Shown piece by piece: positions 17,220 to 24,050 of a stretch of DNA of 25,186 bases (position 1 is the stretch's first letter; every line of letters begins with the position of its first letter). The translations under genes and the position numbers were made by a program. A model generated the notes under the pieces. That model saw nothing but the letters and a program-made list of their open reading frames with translations, ran no database searches and was not told the DNA's origin. Origin of the DNA: a virus; UHGV virus genome UHGV-1407433; one strand, 5' to 3'.

Positions 17220-19141
17220 TATTCATCTCCAGATAATGCCCGCGCGTAATCCGCCAGGGTCTTGTTATTGTTACGGCTGCCTTCTTCCTCCAGCAGGCTG
17301 GCCAGAAGTGAATCAAGATTTAGCTGCCAGCGGGATATGCTTATACGCAGCGCCGCCAGTGCATAAACAAAGCAATCGAGCGCCTCATTTCGTCGTTTTT
17401 TGCTGTCCCAGACGATCTTTTTCTTTCCGTCTACCCATTTTTCCACCTGCTCTTCAGCTGTTAGTTGTTGGGCCTCTGTTAGATCGTAGATTTCTGGGTT
17501 ATTCGGGAAATGAACCGCTCCCGCCAGCGGCTCGTCTCTTTGCGCCACCAGCGTGAAACGGTTATAAATCTGCTCTTTTGCGGTGTCTGTTCCTACCTCT
17601 GTGAGGTAAACACCATTCTTGTTACGCTTGCGTGGCATGTTCGCCACTGGCTTTCCATAAACCGACGCCCCCTTTATAGGGATCACACGAAACAGACCGT
17701 GTTTTTTTGAGCGGTTGTAGACGATGGTGGGATCAATGCCGCCAATATCCCAGCAAGTGCGGGATATAACCATTTCGAGACCGTTCTGGCGCTTATACGT
17801 CCTGTTGATCGCTTCATCAACTCGAGCGAGAGTCGACTCATCATCATGACGACCCATAATGATAATTTTGTCGATAAGCCAGCTTTCCTCTCCCGGCCCC
17901 CATCCCCAAACACGCATTTCGTAACGGTCAAGCTGGGAGTCAATACCCGCTGTCAGATATGCCACTCGCTCCGGCACAGACGCTTCAAAGTGCTCTTTTC
18001 GTTCCGCTAAAACTTCAGCATCGGGTCGTTCACCTATTTTCGGTTCCCACGTTTCGCCCAGGGTCGTGTTAACGAAAGTTTTTCGCTTACCCGTATCACC
18101 TTTTGTTTTTATCCAGTCCTTGACGATCTGCACCCAGGTTGTGAACGGGCTATATGCGGTCCAGATGTGGAATGTAACGCTGTCAGGAGGTTCAATTTCG
18201 GTACCGGATGAAGAAAACCAGTTAAGGCCGTCTCGTGTCCAGATACCTGTTTCATCACAAATATACCTGGCCTCCAGAAATTCCAGCTCCTGTTGTTTAA
18301 TCACACAGGCATTGTGTTCACAGAGGTAGTAAACGCTGGCAGGTTCTCCCGGAGACCATTTGAAGCCAAATGGTGTCTCTTTATCACCGAATTTCAGATA
18401 CTGCTCTTCCCCACAGTGTGGGCATGGAACATGGAACCGAAGAAAATGTTCAGACTCCTTAGCAGCTCTTTCTATCTGGCACGTACCTTTGACTTTCGGT
18501 GTAGATCCGCGAATGGATTTCGGCCATACAGAACCCTCAATACGCTTATCACCCAGAAAGGTGGGAGAACCTTCTTTCTCGATGTCATCATCGAAAGCGG
18601 CGAGCTCGTCGTAGCCAGCCACATCAACTGATTTTTCACGGTAGTTTTTTGCAGCCTTACCGCCCAGGCACCAGAAACCACGACCATTCGAGAAACGCTT
18701 CATGCTCAGCGTATTGTCCCGGTGTTTTTTACCGTACCAGGGAGCAAGCGCCAGCAACGTCGGAATATCACGAATGGTCGGTTCTACATGAGACTTCATG
18801 AAGTTTTCAGCATCACCGTCGGTTGGTAACCATATTAGGGAGTTACGCTGTTTATGTTGGATGAAATATGCGTAAACGCCGAGCAACATTTTTGAGTAGC
18901 CGACACGAGCCGATTTAACGACATTCACCTCGCGAATATAGTCATTACCCATCGCATTCATAATTGCACGCTGAAATGGCAGTGTTTCCCAGCGCCCTTC
19001 CTGGTAGGCAGACTCTTTCGGGAGATAATAATTCTCATCTGCCCATTCAACTGCTGTTTGCGGTTGCGGCCGGTACAGCGAACGTAACCCCGCCCGCGCA
19101 GAGTGCTGCAGCCCCTTAACCTGACTGTTCGATATATTCAC
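17219..19141 (-). CDS. A: Terminase large subunit A
   Basis: ATG at 19141..19139. 640 aa, [65 protein letters not shown]... closely resembles lambda gpA. Overlaps the 3' end of Nu1. Confidence 0.97.
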   Translation of the reverse strand: MNISNSQVKGLQHSARAGLRSLYRPQPQTAVEWADENYYLPKESAYQEGRWETLPFQRAIMNAMGNDYIREVNVVKSARVGYSKMLLGVYAYFIQHKQRNSLIWLPTDGDAENFMKSHVEPTIRDIPTLLALAPWYGKKHRDNTLSMKRFSNGRGFWCLGGKAAKNYREKSVDVAGYDELAAFDDDIEKEGSPTFLGDKRIEGSVWPKSIRGSTPKVKGTCQIERAAKESEHFLRFHVPCPHCGEEQYLKFGDKETPFGFKWSPGEPASVYYLCEHNACVIKQQELEFLEARYICDETGIWTRDGLNWFSSSGTEIEPPDSVTFHIWTAYSPFTTWVQIVKDWIKTKGDTGKRKTFVNTTLGETWEPKIGERPDAEVLAERKEHFEASVPERVAYLTAGIDSQLDRYEMRVWGWGPGEESWLIDKIIIMGRHDDESTLARVDEAINRTYKRQNGLEMVISRTCWDIGGIDPTIVYNRSKKHGLFRVIPIKGASVYGKPVANMPRKRNKNGVYLTEVGTDTAKEQIYNRFTLVAQRDEPLAGAVHFPNNPEIYDLTEAQQLTAEEQVEKWVDGKKKIVWDSKKRRNEALDCFVYALAALRISISRWQLNLDSLLASLLEEEGSRNNNKTLADYARALSGDE

Positions 19142-19661
19142 TCAGCAACCCCGGTATCATTTCATCCAGCGCAGCTGCCTTGTTCATGGCCTTAATGATG
19201 TCCTTCTTGAGGAAATCAATATGTCGGTTCTCCAGCTCCGGGAAGCGCCGCTGAACCGACAGAGGTATTCCATCGAGAATGCTGGCGATTTCTCCGGCTA
19301 CCCGCGACAGCACGAACGTGCAGAATGCGGTCTCCACCACTTCAGCGGACTCTTTTGCATTTTTTAATTCCTGAGCGTCAGCCTGAGCTCGCGTAAGTCG
19401 GTGTCGCTCATATTCAATCGTGCCAGGTTGAAGATCGGACTCAGAAGCGATACGGAGATCTTCAACTTCCTTCCGCAACTTTTCATTTTCTATAGCTGCA
19501 TCGCGCGCACTGTACCATTCGATTGCAGCAGCAGATTCAAAGAGAACCTCATTACCTTTGCCACCACCGCGGACAACCGGCATACCTTGCTCCTGCCAGT
19601 TCTGAATCGTTCGGACGCTTACCCCGAAAATTTCGGATAAGCGTTTTTTGTTAACCTCCAT
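19116..19661 (-). CDS. Nu1: Terminase small subunit Nu1
   Basis: ATG at 19661..19659. 181 aa, MEVNKKRLSEIFGVSVRTIQNWQEQGMPVVRGGGKGNEV... near-identical to lambda Nu1. Immediately downstream of cos. Confidence 0.97.
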   Translation of the reverse strand: MEVNKKRLSEIFGVSVRTIQNWQEQGMPVVRGGGKGNEVLFESAAAIEWYSARDAAIENEKLRKEVEDLRIASESDLQPGTIEYERHRLTRAQADAQELKNAKESAEVVETAFCTFVLSRVAGEIASILDGIPLSVQRRFPELENRHIDFLKKDIIKAMNKAAALDEMIPGLLSEYIEQSG

Positions 19662-19836
19662 GGCTTACTCCTGGCAAAAAACAGAGAAAGGAAACAATCA
19701 ACGGTAAACTTCCGTTTTCCTTGCTCAGCATTTCCTTTCTGGAGAGAGGACGTTTTTAACAAAAACAATGAGTAAACAAGAAGAAGAACGGAAATGGCAT
19801 AAACCAGAAAATTTTCATAAATAGCGAGAATCTGCG

Positions 19837-19848
19837 CGGACGCCGCCC
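19837..19848 (-). other. cos: cosN (cohesive-end site) within a lambda-like cosQ-cosN-cosB region (about 19662-19878)
   Basis: Minus strand reads ...GGGTCCTTTCCGGCGATCCGCCTTGTTACG | GGGCGGCGTCCG | CGCAGATTCTCGCTATTTATGAAAATTTTC..., closely matching the lambda right-end/left-end junction as I recall it (lambda cohesive end GGGCGGCGACCT). Confidence 0.8.
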
Positions 19849-19878
19849 CGTAACAAGGCGGATCGCCGGAAAGGACCC

Positions 19879-19903
19879 GCAAATGATAATGATTATCATT
19901 TGC
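19879..19903. promoter_or_regulatory. Perfect 12+1+12 palindrome with a 17/19 match to the Fur-box consensus
   Basis: GCAAATGATAAT-G-ATTATCATTTGC. The minus-strand reading GCAAATGATAATCATTATC matches GATAATGATAATCATTATC at 17 of 19 positions. Lies about 30 bp from cosN and about 50 bp downstream of the 155-aa gene. Confidence 0.4.
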
Positions 19904-19949
19904 TGGAATGCGACTTGATTCGCACCCATTTGGACGTCTAAACGTCCAT

Positions 19950-20417
19950 TCATCGCAACAGCGCTGACCATATCGTGCCACCTGGCCGAAGACTCTTCTT
20001 CAGTTCCTCGGACACAACATCTGAGATCGCTTTTACCATTTCAGGGGATAGCTTCACGCCGGTCTTAATTTCGGGACAGATGCCAACATTGATGGCATAG
20101 CCTTTTCGTGGGTCGTTCTCTATCCGGCCAAACTGAATATTTACAGAGCCACCAATATAACCACCAGCAGGAACACCAAAGCGCGTATTCACCAGGTGCT
20201 TAATGGCGAACTCCTGCCCTTCAGCGGTCAGGAAGGTGTAATAATTTTCCTTTTGATACTCCGTCGCGGTATGGCGTGTTTCAGCGAATCCCAGCTCTAG
20301 AAGCTCAGCAGCACCAGATTTGGCTGGCAGATCACCAGACTGAAGCGCGCCACGGAAAAACAGCGCATACAGAACATCCGTCGCCGCGCCGGACAACGTG
20401 ATAATTTTATGACCCAT
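19950..20417 (-). CDS. Hypothetical protein (155 aa), last gene before cos
   Basis: ATG at 20417..20415 with AAGGA SD at about 8 nt. No family recognised from sequence alone. Confidence 0.6.
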   Translation of the reverse strand: MGHKIITLSGAATDVLYALFFRGALQSGDLPAKSGAAELLELGFAETRHTATEYQKENYYTFLTAEGQEFAIKHLVNTRFGVPAGGYIGGSVNIQFGRIENDPRKGYAINVGICPEIKTGVKLSPEMVKAISDVVSEELKKSLRPGGTIWSALLR

Positions 20418-20527
20418 GATTTATTTCCTTTTAGGCGTGAGCCTGTCGCACGGCAAAGCCGCCGAAAGTTAACGGTTTGCCCAGGCTCACAGCTGAAAGA
20501 CTTTCTACGATGTGCGCGTGCGATGCG

Positions 20528-20553
20528 CATAAAAAAGCCGCGTGATGGCGGCT
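20528..20553 (-). terminator. Intrinsic terminator (minus strand)
   Basis: Stem AGCCGC / GCGGCT with 6-nt loop (20536-20553); on the minus strand it is followed by TTTTTTAT. The plus-strand version has only a weak T-tract. Confidence 0.6.
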
Positions 20554-20682
20554 ACTGTTTGAATATCAGGGTGTTGTTTCGTCTTAACCCTGGTTAATGT
20601 AGGCATTCAGCCCGTCGGTGGTGGGACACTGGCGCACTTAATAAAGAGTAATGGCTGATTACCTCAGAATAAGGAATCAAAA

Positions 20683-20943
20683 ATGTCAGAAGGTTTTGGT
20701 TTAAAAGAAAAGGTTGAGCAGTTAGAAAAAGAATTAGCCGTACAAAAAATAGCAAATCAGCTTGCTTTTGGAGCACTAATTAAAGCAGTTAATGAGCTGT
20801 ACCCGAACAAAGATTTATATGATGGGTTGACAAAATTTGTCCAGGAAAAACTTGATCCTGAACGTGTTAAAAACATCCCTAATCTTCACGAGGCCTTTCT
20901 AGAAGCTGCGAAAATACTGAGGACTGACGCATCTCCTGAATAA
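20683..20943 (+). CDS. Hypothetical small helical protein (86 aa), plus-strand moron
   Basis: ATG at 20683 with AAGGA SD 7 nt upstream. AT-rich, charged and helical-looking sequence (MSEGFGLKEKVEQLEKELAVQKIANQL...). Opposite orientation to every other phage gene here. Confidence 0.5.
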   Translation: MSEGFGLKEKVEQLEKELAVQKIANQLAFGALIKAVNELYPNKDLYDGLTKFVQEKLDPERVKNIPNLHEAFLEAAKILRTDASPE

Positions 20944-21037
20944 TTTTATCAACAAAGGCAGTTGTGTCCTCTTGCTTTTCATTCACAATGCATGTGACTG
21001 CCTTTTCTAAAGCTGTAATTCGTTCTTCAAGTGTCAT
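20879..21037 (-). CDS. Hypothetical small acidic protein (52 aa)
   Basis: ATG at 21037..21035 with AGGAG 5-6 nt upstream (the track ORF starts earlier at TTG). MTLEERITALEKAVTCIVNEKQEDTTAFVDKIIQEMRQ... Its 3' end overlaps the 3' end of the plus-strand gene by 65 nt. Confidence 0.45.
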   Translation of the reverse strand: MTLEERITALEKAVTCIVNEKQEDTTAFVDKIIQEMRQSSVFSQLLERPRED

Positions 21038-21090
21038 ACCCACTCCTGTCATTGGCTTCAAAATGATAAACCCCGCATTTGCAAGTCCTA

Positions 21091-21147
21091 TTTATACCCC
21101 GCAGGGGATAAAAACCATATTATCCGCTTGCGGGGATAACCATTATC
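21091..21147. repeat. Composite element of two GATAA-armed palindromes (TTTATACCCC-GCA-GGGGATAAAA and TTATCC-GCTTGC-GGGGATAA) joined by an AACCAT linker
   Basis: Seen directly. Related in sequence and arrangement to the reverse complement of the element at 22947-22997. Confidence 0.7.
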
Positions 21148-21177
21148 AAGCCCACCAGTAGATGGGCTTTGTAATGG

Positions 21178-21435
21178 CTACTTCGCTTTTGCTTCCGCTC
21201 GCTTACGCCGGCGCTCTTCTTTCCTCTCGGCTTTTGCCATGTCCATGAATGCCTGCATGATCGAGTTCCGCATCATGTAGCTAACAAAGTGATGATTGAC
21301 ACAGCCGTTGAGGCGCAGCTGCTCGCCAAACTCATCCACCGAGGCCAATGCTTCCATCATGCCCTTCTCGCCTTTCATGAACTCTGAGAAGTCGCGCCCC
21401 GCTCTGGAGGCGCATTCTATTATTCGGGTGCTCAT
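21178..21435 (-). CDS. Hypothetical protein (85 aa) with basic Lys/Arg/Glu-rich C-terminal tail, translationally coupled to the KilA-N gene
   Basis: ATG at 21435..21433, 2 nt after the TGA of the upstream gene (TGATCATG). C-terminus ...AKAERKEERRRKRAEAKAK. Confidence 0.55.
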   Translation of the reverse strand: MSTRIIECASRAGRDFSEFMKGEKGMMEALASVDEFGEQLRLNGCVNHHFVSYMMRNSIMQAFMDMAKAERKEERRRKRAEAKAK

Positions 21436-21437
21436 GA

Positions 21438-22166
21438 TCAGGCCGCCGCATAGAGCAATTTCATCTGCCCTTTCACCGGGAATGCCGACATGCAACGCGC
21501 TTCGAAATCACGATAATCAGAGCACCCATTGGCAATGCTGGTAACGGCAATGATCTGTCGCTCAACCAATGTCAGCGCGTCAGGTTTAAGGTGCTGATGG
21601 ATTTTGTCTCCCGCAGCCAGCCGTCTTTTAACCTCTGCATATACTTCTGGTGGTAATACCTGGCCATATACCCACTTGGCACTGATCATCCCAAATAGTG
21701 CGGGGCGACGACCTGGTCGATGACGGGGCAGCCCTGACATTTTGAACATCGCAGAATAAAACGGATCGCTAAACCTCTTTTCCCATGGCTGAGATTTATC
21801 CAGAAGGAAAATAGCCTTTATTCTTTCATCGTCGATATGATGAACGGAACCCTGAATGATTGCGTCAATTTGCTCATCACACCAGATCTCAAAATCTACA
21901 GAAAGCCATCGAGCAAATCTGACCGCCAGCTTTGGGTGAAGCCATGTTCCGCCGCCACGGTCTTTGCGAGCGCGGCTGGTTTTTACATATGTGATATTCC
22001 CATATCTACTCTTTAACGCCTCGATGTAACGGACAGTCTCAGGAAGCCTAAGCCACTGAGCCGGCTCCTTGTTGAACTTGTCAGCTGCCGCAGTCGCGTC
22101 AAACCAGCCATCGTCAGAAAAACGCATGGGATGGCCTTCGAAATCAATCGGGATGATATTGGACAT
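21438..22166 (-). CDS. KilA-N domain protein (antirepressor/Bro-like), 242 aa
   Basis: ATG at 22166..22164 with AAAGGTAA upstream (the track ORF starts earlier at GTG). The N-terminus MSNIIPIDFEGHPMRFSDDGWFDATAAADKFNKEPAQWLRLPETVRYIEAL...GGGTWLHPKLAVRFARWLSVDFEIWCDEQIDAI resembles the KilA-N DNA-binding domain of phage antirepressor/Bro proteins. Confidence 0.7.
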   Translation of the reverse strand: MSNIIPIDFEGHPMRFSDDGWFDATAAADKFNKEPAQWLRLPETVRYIEALKSRYGNITYVKTSRARKDRGGGTWLHPKLAVRFARWLSVDFEIWCDEQIDAIIQGSVHHIDDERIKAIFLLDKSQPWEKRFSDPFYSAMFKMSGLPRHRPGRRPALFGMISAKWVYGQVLPPEVYAEVKRRLAAGDKIHQHLKPDALTLVERQIIAVTSIANGCSDYRDFEARCMSAFPVKGQMKLLYAAA

Positions 22167-22316
22167 CGTATTTACCTTTTTGGTGATATGAGCCAGTTCT
22201 CGCAGACATGGACAGCCCAAGAGCGGCACGATGTAAGCCACCGTCCTGTCTCTGTCTCATATCCCGAAAAGCTCTTGGTTGATATGCGCACGAGAATGCG
22301 CGGTTTACTGCGGACA

Positions 22317-22343
22317 TAAAAAAGCCCCGCATAAGCGAGGCTA
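22317..22343 (-). terminator. Intrinsic terminator (minus strand) separating the 81/73-aa gene pair from the KilA-N unit
   Basis: On the minus strand: AGCCTCGC-TTAT-GCGGGGCT (fully paired with one G-U) followed by TTTTTTAT. Lies 22 nt downstream of the stop at 22365. Confidence 0.6.
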
Positions 22344-22364
22344 AATATCGAACAACTTCTTTTG

Positions 22365-22586
22365 TTAACTGCGCGTGAAGTTGTGGTGGATGAAGTCGTC
22401 AGAGCCTAACCGATGTGAGCCATAATGGGCTTCATAGCCCTCACCTAGTGAGGCTGCCTTAGTTTCGGCCACATCTTTGGTGGCGTAAACACCGACTAAA
22501 TGCCACGGGGCATTCCTTACAACCCCCCACCCCATAACCCAACCTATATTATCAAGGTCAGGCTTCAAGCCTTCTGCAACAAACAT
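22365..22586 (-). CDS. Hypothetical protein (73 aa)
   Basis: ATG at 22586..22584 with AAGGAG about 7 nt upstream (the track ORF starts earlier at TTG). MFVAEGLKPDLDNIGWVMGWGVVRNAPWHLVGVYATKD... Confidence 0.5.
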   Translation of the reverse strand: MFVAEGLKPDLDNIGWVMGWGVVRNAPWHLVGVYATKDVAETKAASLGEGYEAHYGSHRLGSDDFIHHNFTRS

Positions 22587-22588
22587 AT

Positions 22589-22615
22589 TTATCTCCTTTG
22601 GGTACCCGGAGATAA
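22589..22615. promoter_or_regulatory. Inverted repeat TTATCTCC-N11-GGAGATAA that includes the SD of the 73-aa gene
   Basis: Perfect 8-bp arms at 22589-22596 and 22608-22615 around a GGTACC-centred spacer. One arm contains the AAGGAG ribosome-binding site of the 22365..22586 gene. Confidence 0.4.
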
Positions 22616-22645
22616 TGCTAAGCAATTGAAGCTGCAAAATAAATA

Positions 22646-22891
22646 CTATTCAACAAGCTCTGCTGTAATTGTTAACCAGCTCAAATCAGGCCGATCATGC
22701 ATCACATGTACAGCTGATTCATCAACATCGACAGCGTAAATTTTAGTGAAGGGATGGGAAGCTTTACCGGATAAAGAATCCTTCACTATCACACTTTCAT
22801 TCTGAATAACCTGGAATGTGACGTTTGCGGCTCGAACAATACCCTCGTAGTGCTCTTCAAGGTGAGCAATTGTAACTTTAACTTTTTTCAT
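22646..22891 (-). CDS. Hypothetical small acidic protein (81 aa)
   Basis: ATG at 22891..22889 with AAGGAG 9 nt upstream (the track ORF starts earlier). MKKVKVTIAHLEEHYEGIVRAANVTFQVIQNESVIVKD... Confidence 0.55.
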   Translation of the reverse strand: MKKVKVTIAHLEEHYEGIVRAANVTFQVIQNESVIVKDSLSGKASHPFTKIYAVDVDESAVHVMHDRPDLSWLTITAELVE

Positions 22892-22946
22892 AGGCTGGCT
22901 CCTTGGCTGAATGGCAACAGGCATTAGGTGAGTGTCTGCTGTAACG

Positions 22947-22997
22947 CCTATCCCTTAGCGGGGATAATGGTTGCTTTATCCCTTGCTAGGGATAAAG
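22947..22997. repeat. Composite element of two GATAA-armed palindromes (TATCCC-TTAGC-GGGGATAA and TTTATCCC-TTGCTA-GGGATAAA) joined by an ATGGTT linker; inverted copy of the 21091-21147 element
   Basis: Seen directly, immediately downstream of the Rz stop. Its reverse complement aligns with the 21091-21147 element (palindrome, AACCAT linker, palindrome). Confidence 0.7.
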
Positions 22998-22998
22998 A

Positions 22999-23514
22999 CT
23001 ATTGACGCTCGCTCTCTATTTGACGAATTCCAGCGAAATTGTTATTGCCCTTTTCAATCACGGCCAGCAGCGGCTTAATCCAGAGTACAGCCTGGCAGTA
23101 CGTTATTGAGCCGGCGGCAGCGGTACTATCATCGGCTGCGTCAGGTCCGTCGGTATCGGCGTGCATTGCGCTGGAACGTAAACGGTACGCGTATTCGAGC
23201 AGCCCACCAGCAATGTCAGCAGGAACAGGCAGATCACAGGTTTTTTCACGGCGGAGTATCTCCCGGTATTCAATTACGGTTTCTTCGGTGCTGGTGTCGA
23301 TCAGGGAGTTAAGCCTGTTGGCATGTTCTGCAACCTGATTGAATCGATTGAAGTTGAATGCCTGGGTGGCGATCACCTGCCCCTGCATAGAGTTGTCACT
23401 TCGCAGAACGTCGTTATCGCTCTGTAGGCTACTGGCGTCGGAGCAGCTCTTAACGAGAGCGACGGAAAGGCCAGCAATAACGACAACGCCGATAAGACCC
23501 GGATTAATTTTCAT
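22999..23514 (-). CDS. Rz: i-spanin Rz (N-terminal transmembrane anchor, periplasmic coiled-coil)
   Basis: ATG at 23514..23512 overlapping the endolysin stop (ATGA). [21 protein letters not shown]... N-terminal TMD then a charged helical region. Third gene of the lysis cassette, containing a +1-frame lipoprotein ORF. Confidence 0.8.
   Translation of the reverse strand: MKINPGLIGVVVIAGLSVALVKSCSDASSLQSDNDVLRSDNSMQGQVIATQAFNFNRFNQVAEHANRLNSLIDTSTEETVIEYREILRREKTCDLPVPADIAGGLLEYAYRLRSSAMHADTDGPDAADDSTAAAGSITYCQAVLWIKPLLAVIEKGNNNFAGIRQIESERQ
23103..23249 (-). CDS. Rz1: o-spanin Rz1, embedded in the +1 frame of Rz, GTG start (48 aa)
   Basis: Hand translation of the +1 frame: (GTG)KKPVICLFLLTLLVGC-SNTRTVYVPAQCTPIPTDLTQPMIVPLPPAQ*. 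Lipobox LVGC, Pro-rich mature part, GGGAG 10 nt upstream of the GTG. Absent from the ORF track (under 60 aa). An alternative TTG start at 23273 would give 56 aa. Confidence 0.65.
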   Translation of the reverse strand: MKKPVICLFLLTLLVGCSNTRTVYVPAQCTPIPTDLTQPMIVPLPPAQ

Positions 23515-24050
23515 TGGTCCAGCCCCCAGCACGCCAGCGCGCTTTCCTGGTCCCGTCGCTCAACCTGGCCATAGCAGCCATTCTTCTGGCCTTTGGTTAG
23601 ACGACAATCACGGCCACCGTCTTTAATCCACCAGCGGATTGCCTCGCATGCACCGATGCGGTCACCTGCGTTGATGCGCTTATAGAAGGTCGATGGGAAG
23701 CATTTACCGGGGCCGATGTTATACGGGCAGAAGGATGCGATACCCACCTTCTGAGGCTCTGTCAGAGGCACTTTGATATTGCGATCAACCCAGGCTAATG
23801 CCTTATCGCGTTCAATAGCGTTAACCTTCCGGCATTGTTCCTCAGTGGCCGTCATGCCTTTAACAACACGCCTGCCATCGATAACGGTCACGCCGTGACA
23901 TAAAGACCAGACCCCACCCGGATCAACAACGGCCACCAGCGCATTGCCTTCTTTCTCGCTGATGAATTGGTCAAAAATGAGTGGAGCAGAAGCCCCTGAC
24001 GCGATTAGCGCCAGCACTGCTACGCTGAGCTTTGCTTTGTTCGACATCAT
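23511..24050 (-). CDS. R: SAR endolysin (T4-lysozyme-like fold with N-terminal signal-anchor-release domain), phage 21 R-like
   Basis: ATG at 24050..24048 overlapping the holin stop. N-terminal weakly hydrophobic Ala/Gly/Ser-rich segment [21 protein letters not shown] followed by E...D...T lysozyme signature ([24 protein letters not shown]). Confidence 0.85.
   Translation of the reverse strand: MMSNKAKLSVAVLALIASGASAPLIFDQFISEKEGNALVAVVDPGGVWSLCHGVTVIDGRRVVKGMTATEEQCRKVNAIERDKALAWVDRNIKVPLTEPQKVGIASFCPYNIGPGKCFPSTFYKRINAGDRIGACEAIRWWIKDGGRDCRLTKGQKNGCYGQVERRDQESALACWGLDQ

Noticed and set aside
1448-19981. Numerous plus-strand ORFs (60-205 aa) overlapping J, H, V, E, C, B, A and other late genes
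   Set aside because: All are antisense to well-supported minus-strand phage genes, lack ribosome-binding sites and have biased composition. Long antisense open frames are expected in GC-rich coding DNA.
20594-20776. Minus-strand ORF of 60 aa (GTG start) antisense to the 86-aa plus-strand gene
   Set aside because: Hydrophobic low-complexity translation, no SD, non-ATG start. The plus-strand gene has a proper SD and ATG and a more protein-like sequence.
21438-21495. Possible frameshift splitting one gene into the KilA-N ORF and the downstream 105-aa ORF (58-nt overlap in the ORF track)
   Set aside because: The downstream ORF has an ATG at 21435 just 2 nt after the upstream TGA (TGATCATG). The overlap comes only from the ORF caller extending to an upstream alternative start, so these are two translationally coupled genes.
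22144-22332. Minus-strand ORF of 62 aa in the KilA-N upstream region
   Set aside because: Overlaps the KilA-N start region and the terminator at 22317-22343, has no SD and an Arg-rich junk-like translation. More likely promoter/UTR DNA.
21091-22997. CRISPR array
   Set aside because: The repeated units are themselves palindromes, occur only as two pairs 1.8 kb apart, have no regular repeat-spacer periodicity, and the intervening DNA encodes proteins. The 10-nt similarity to a type I-E repeat does not make this an array.
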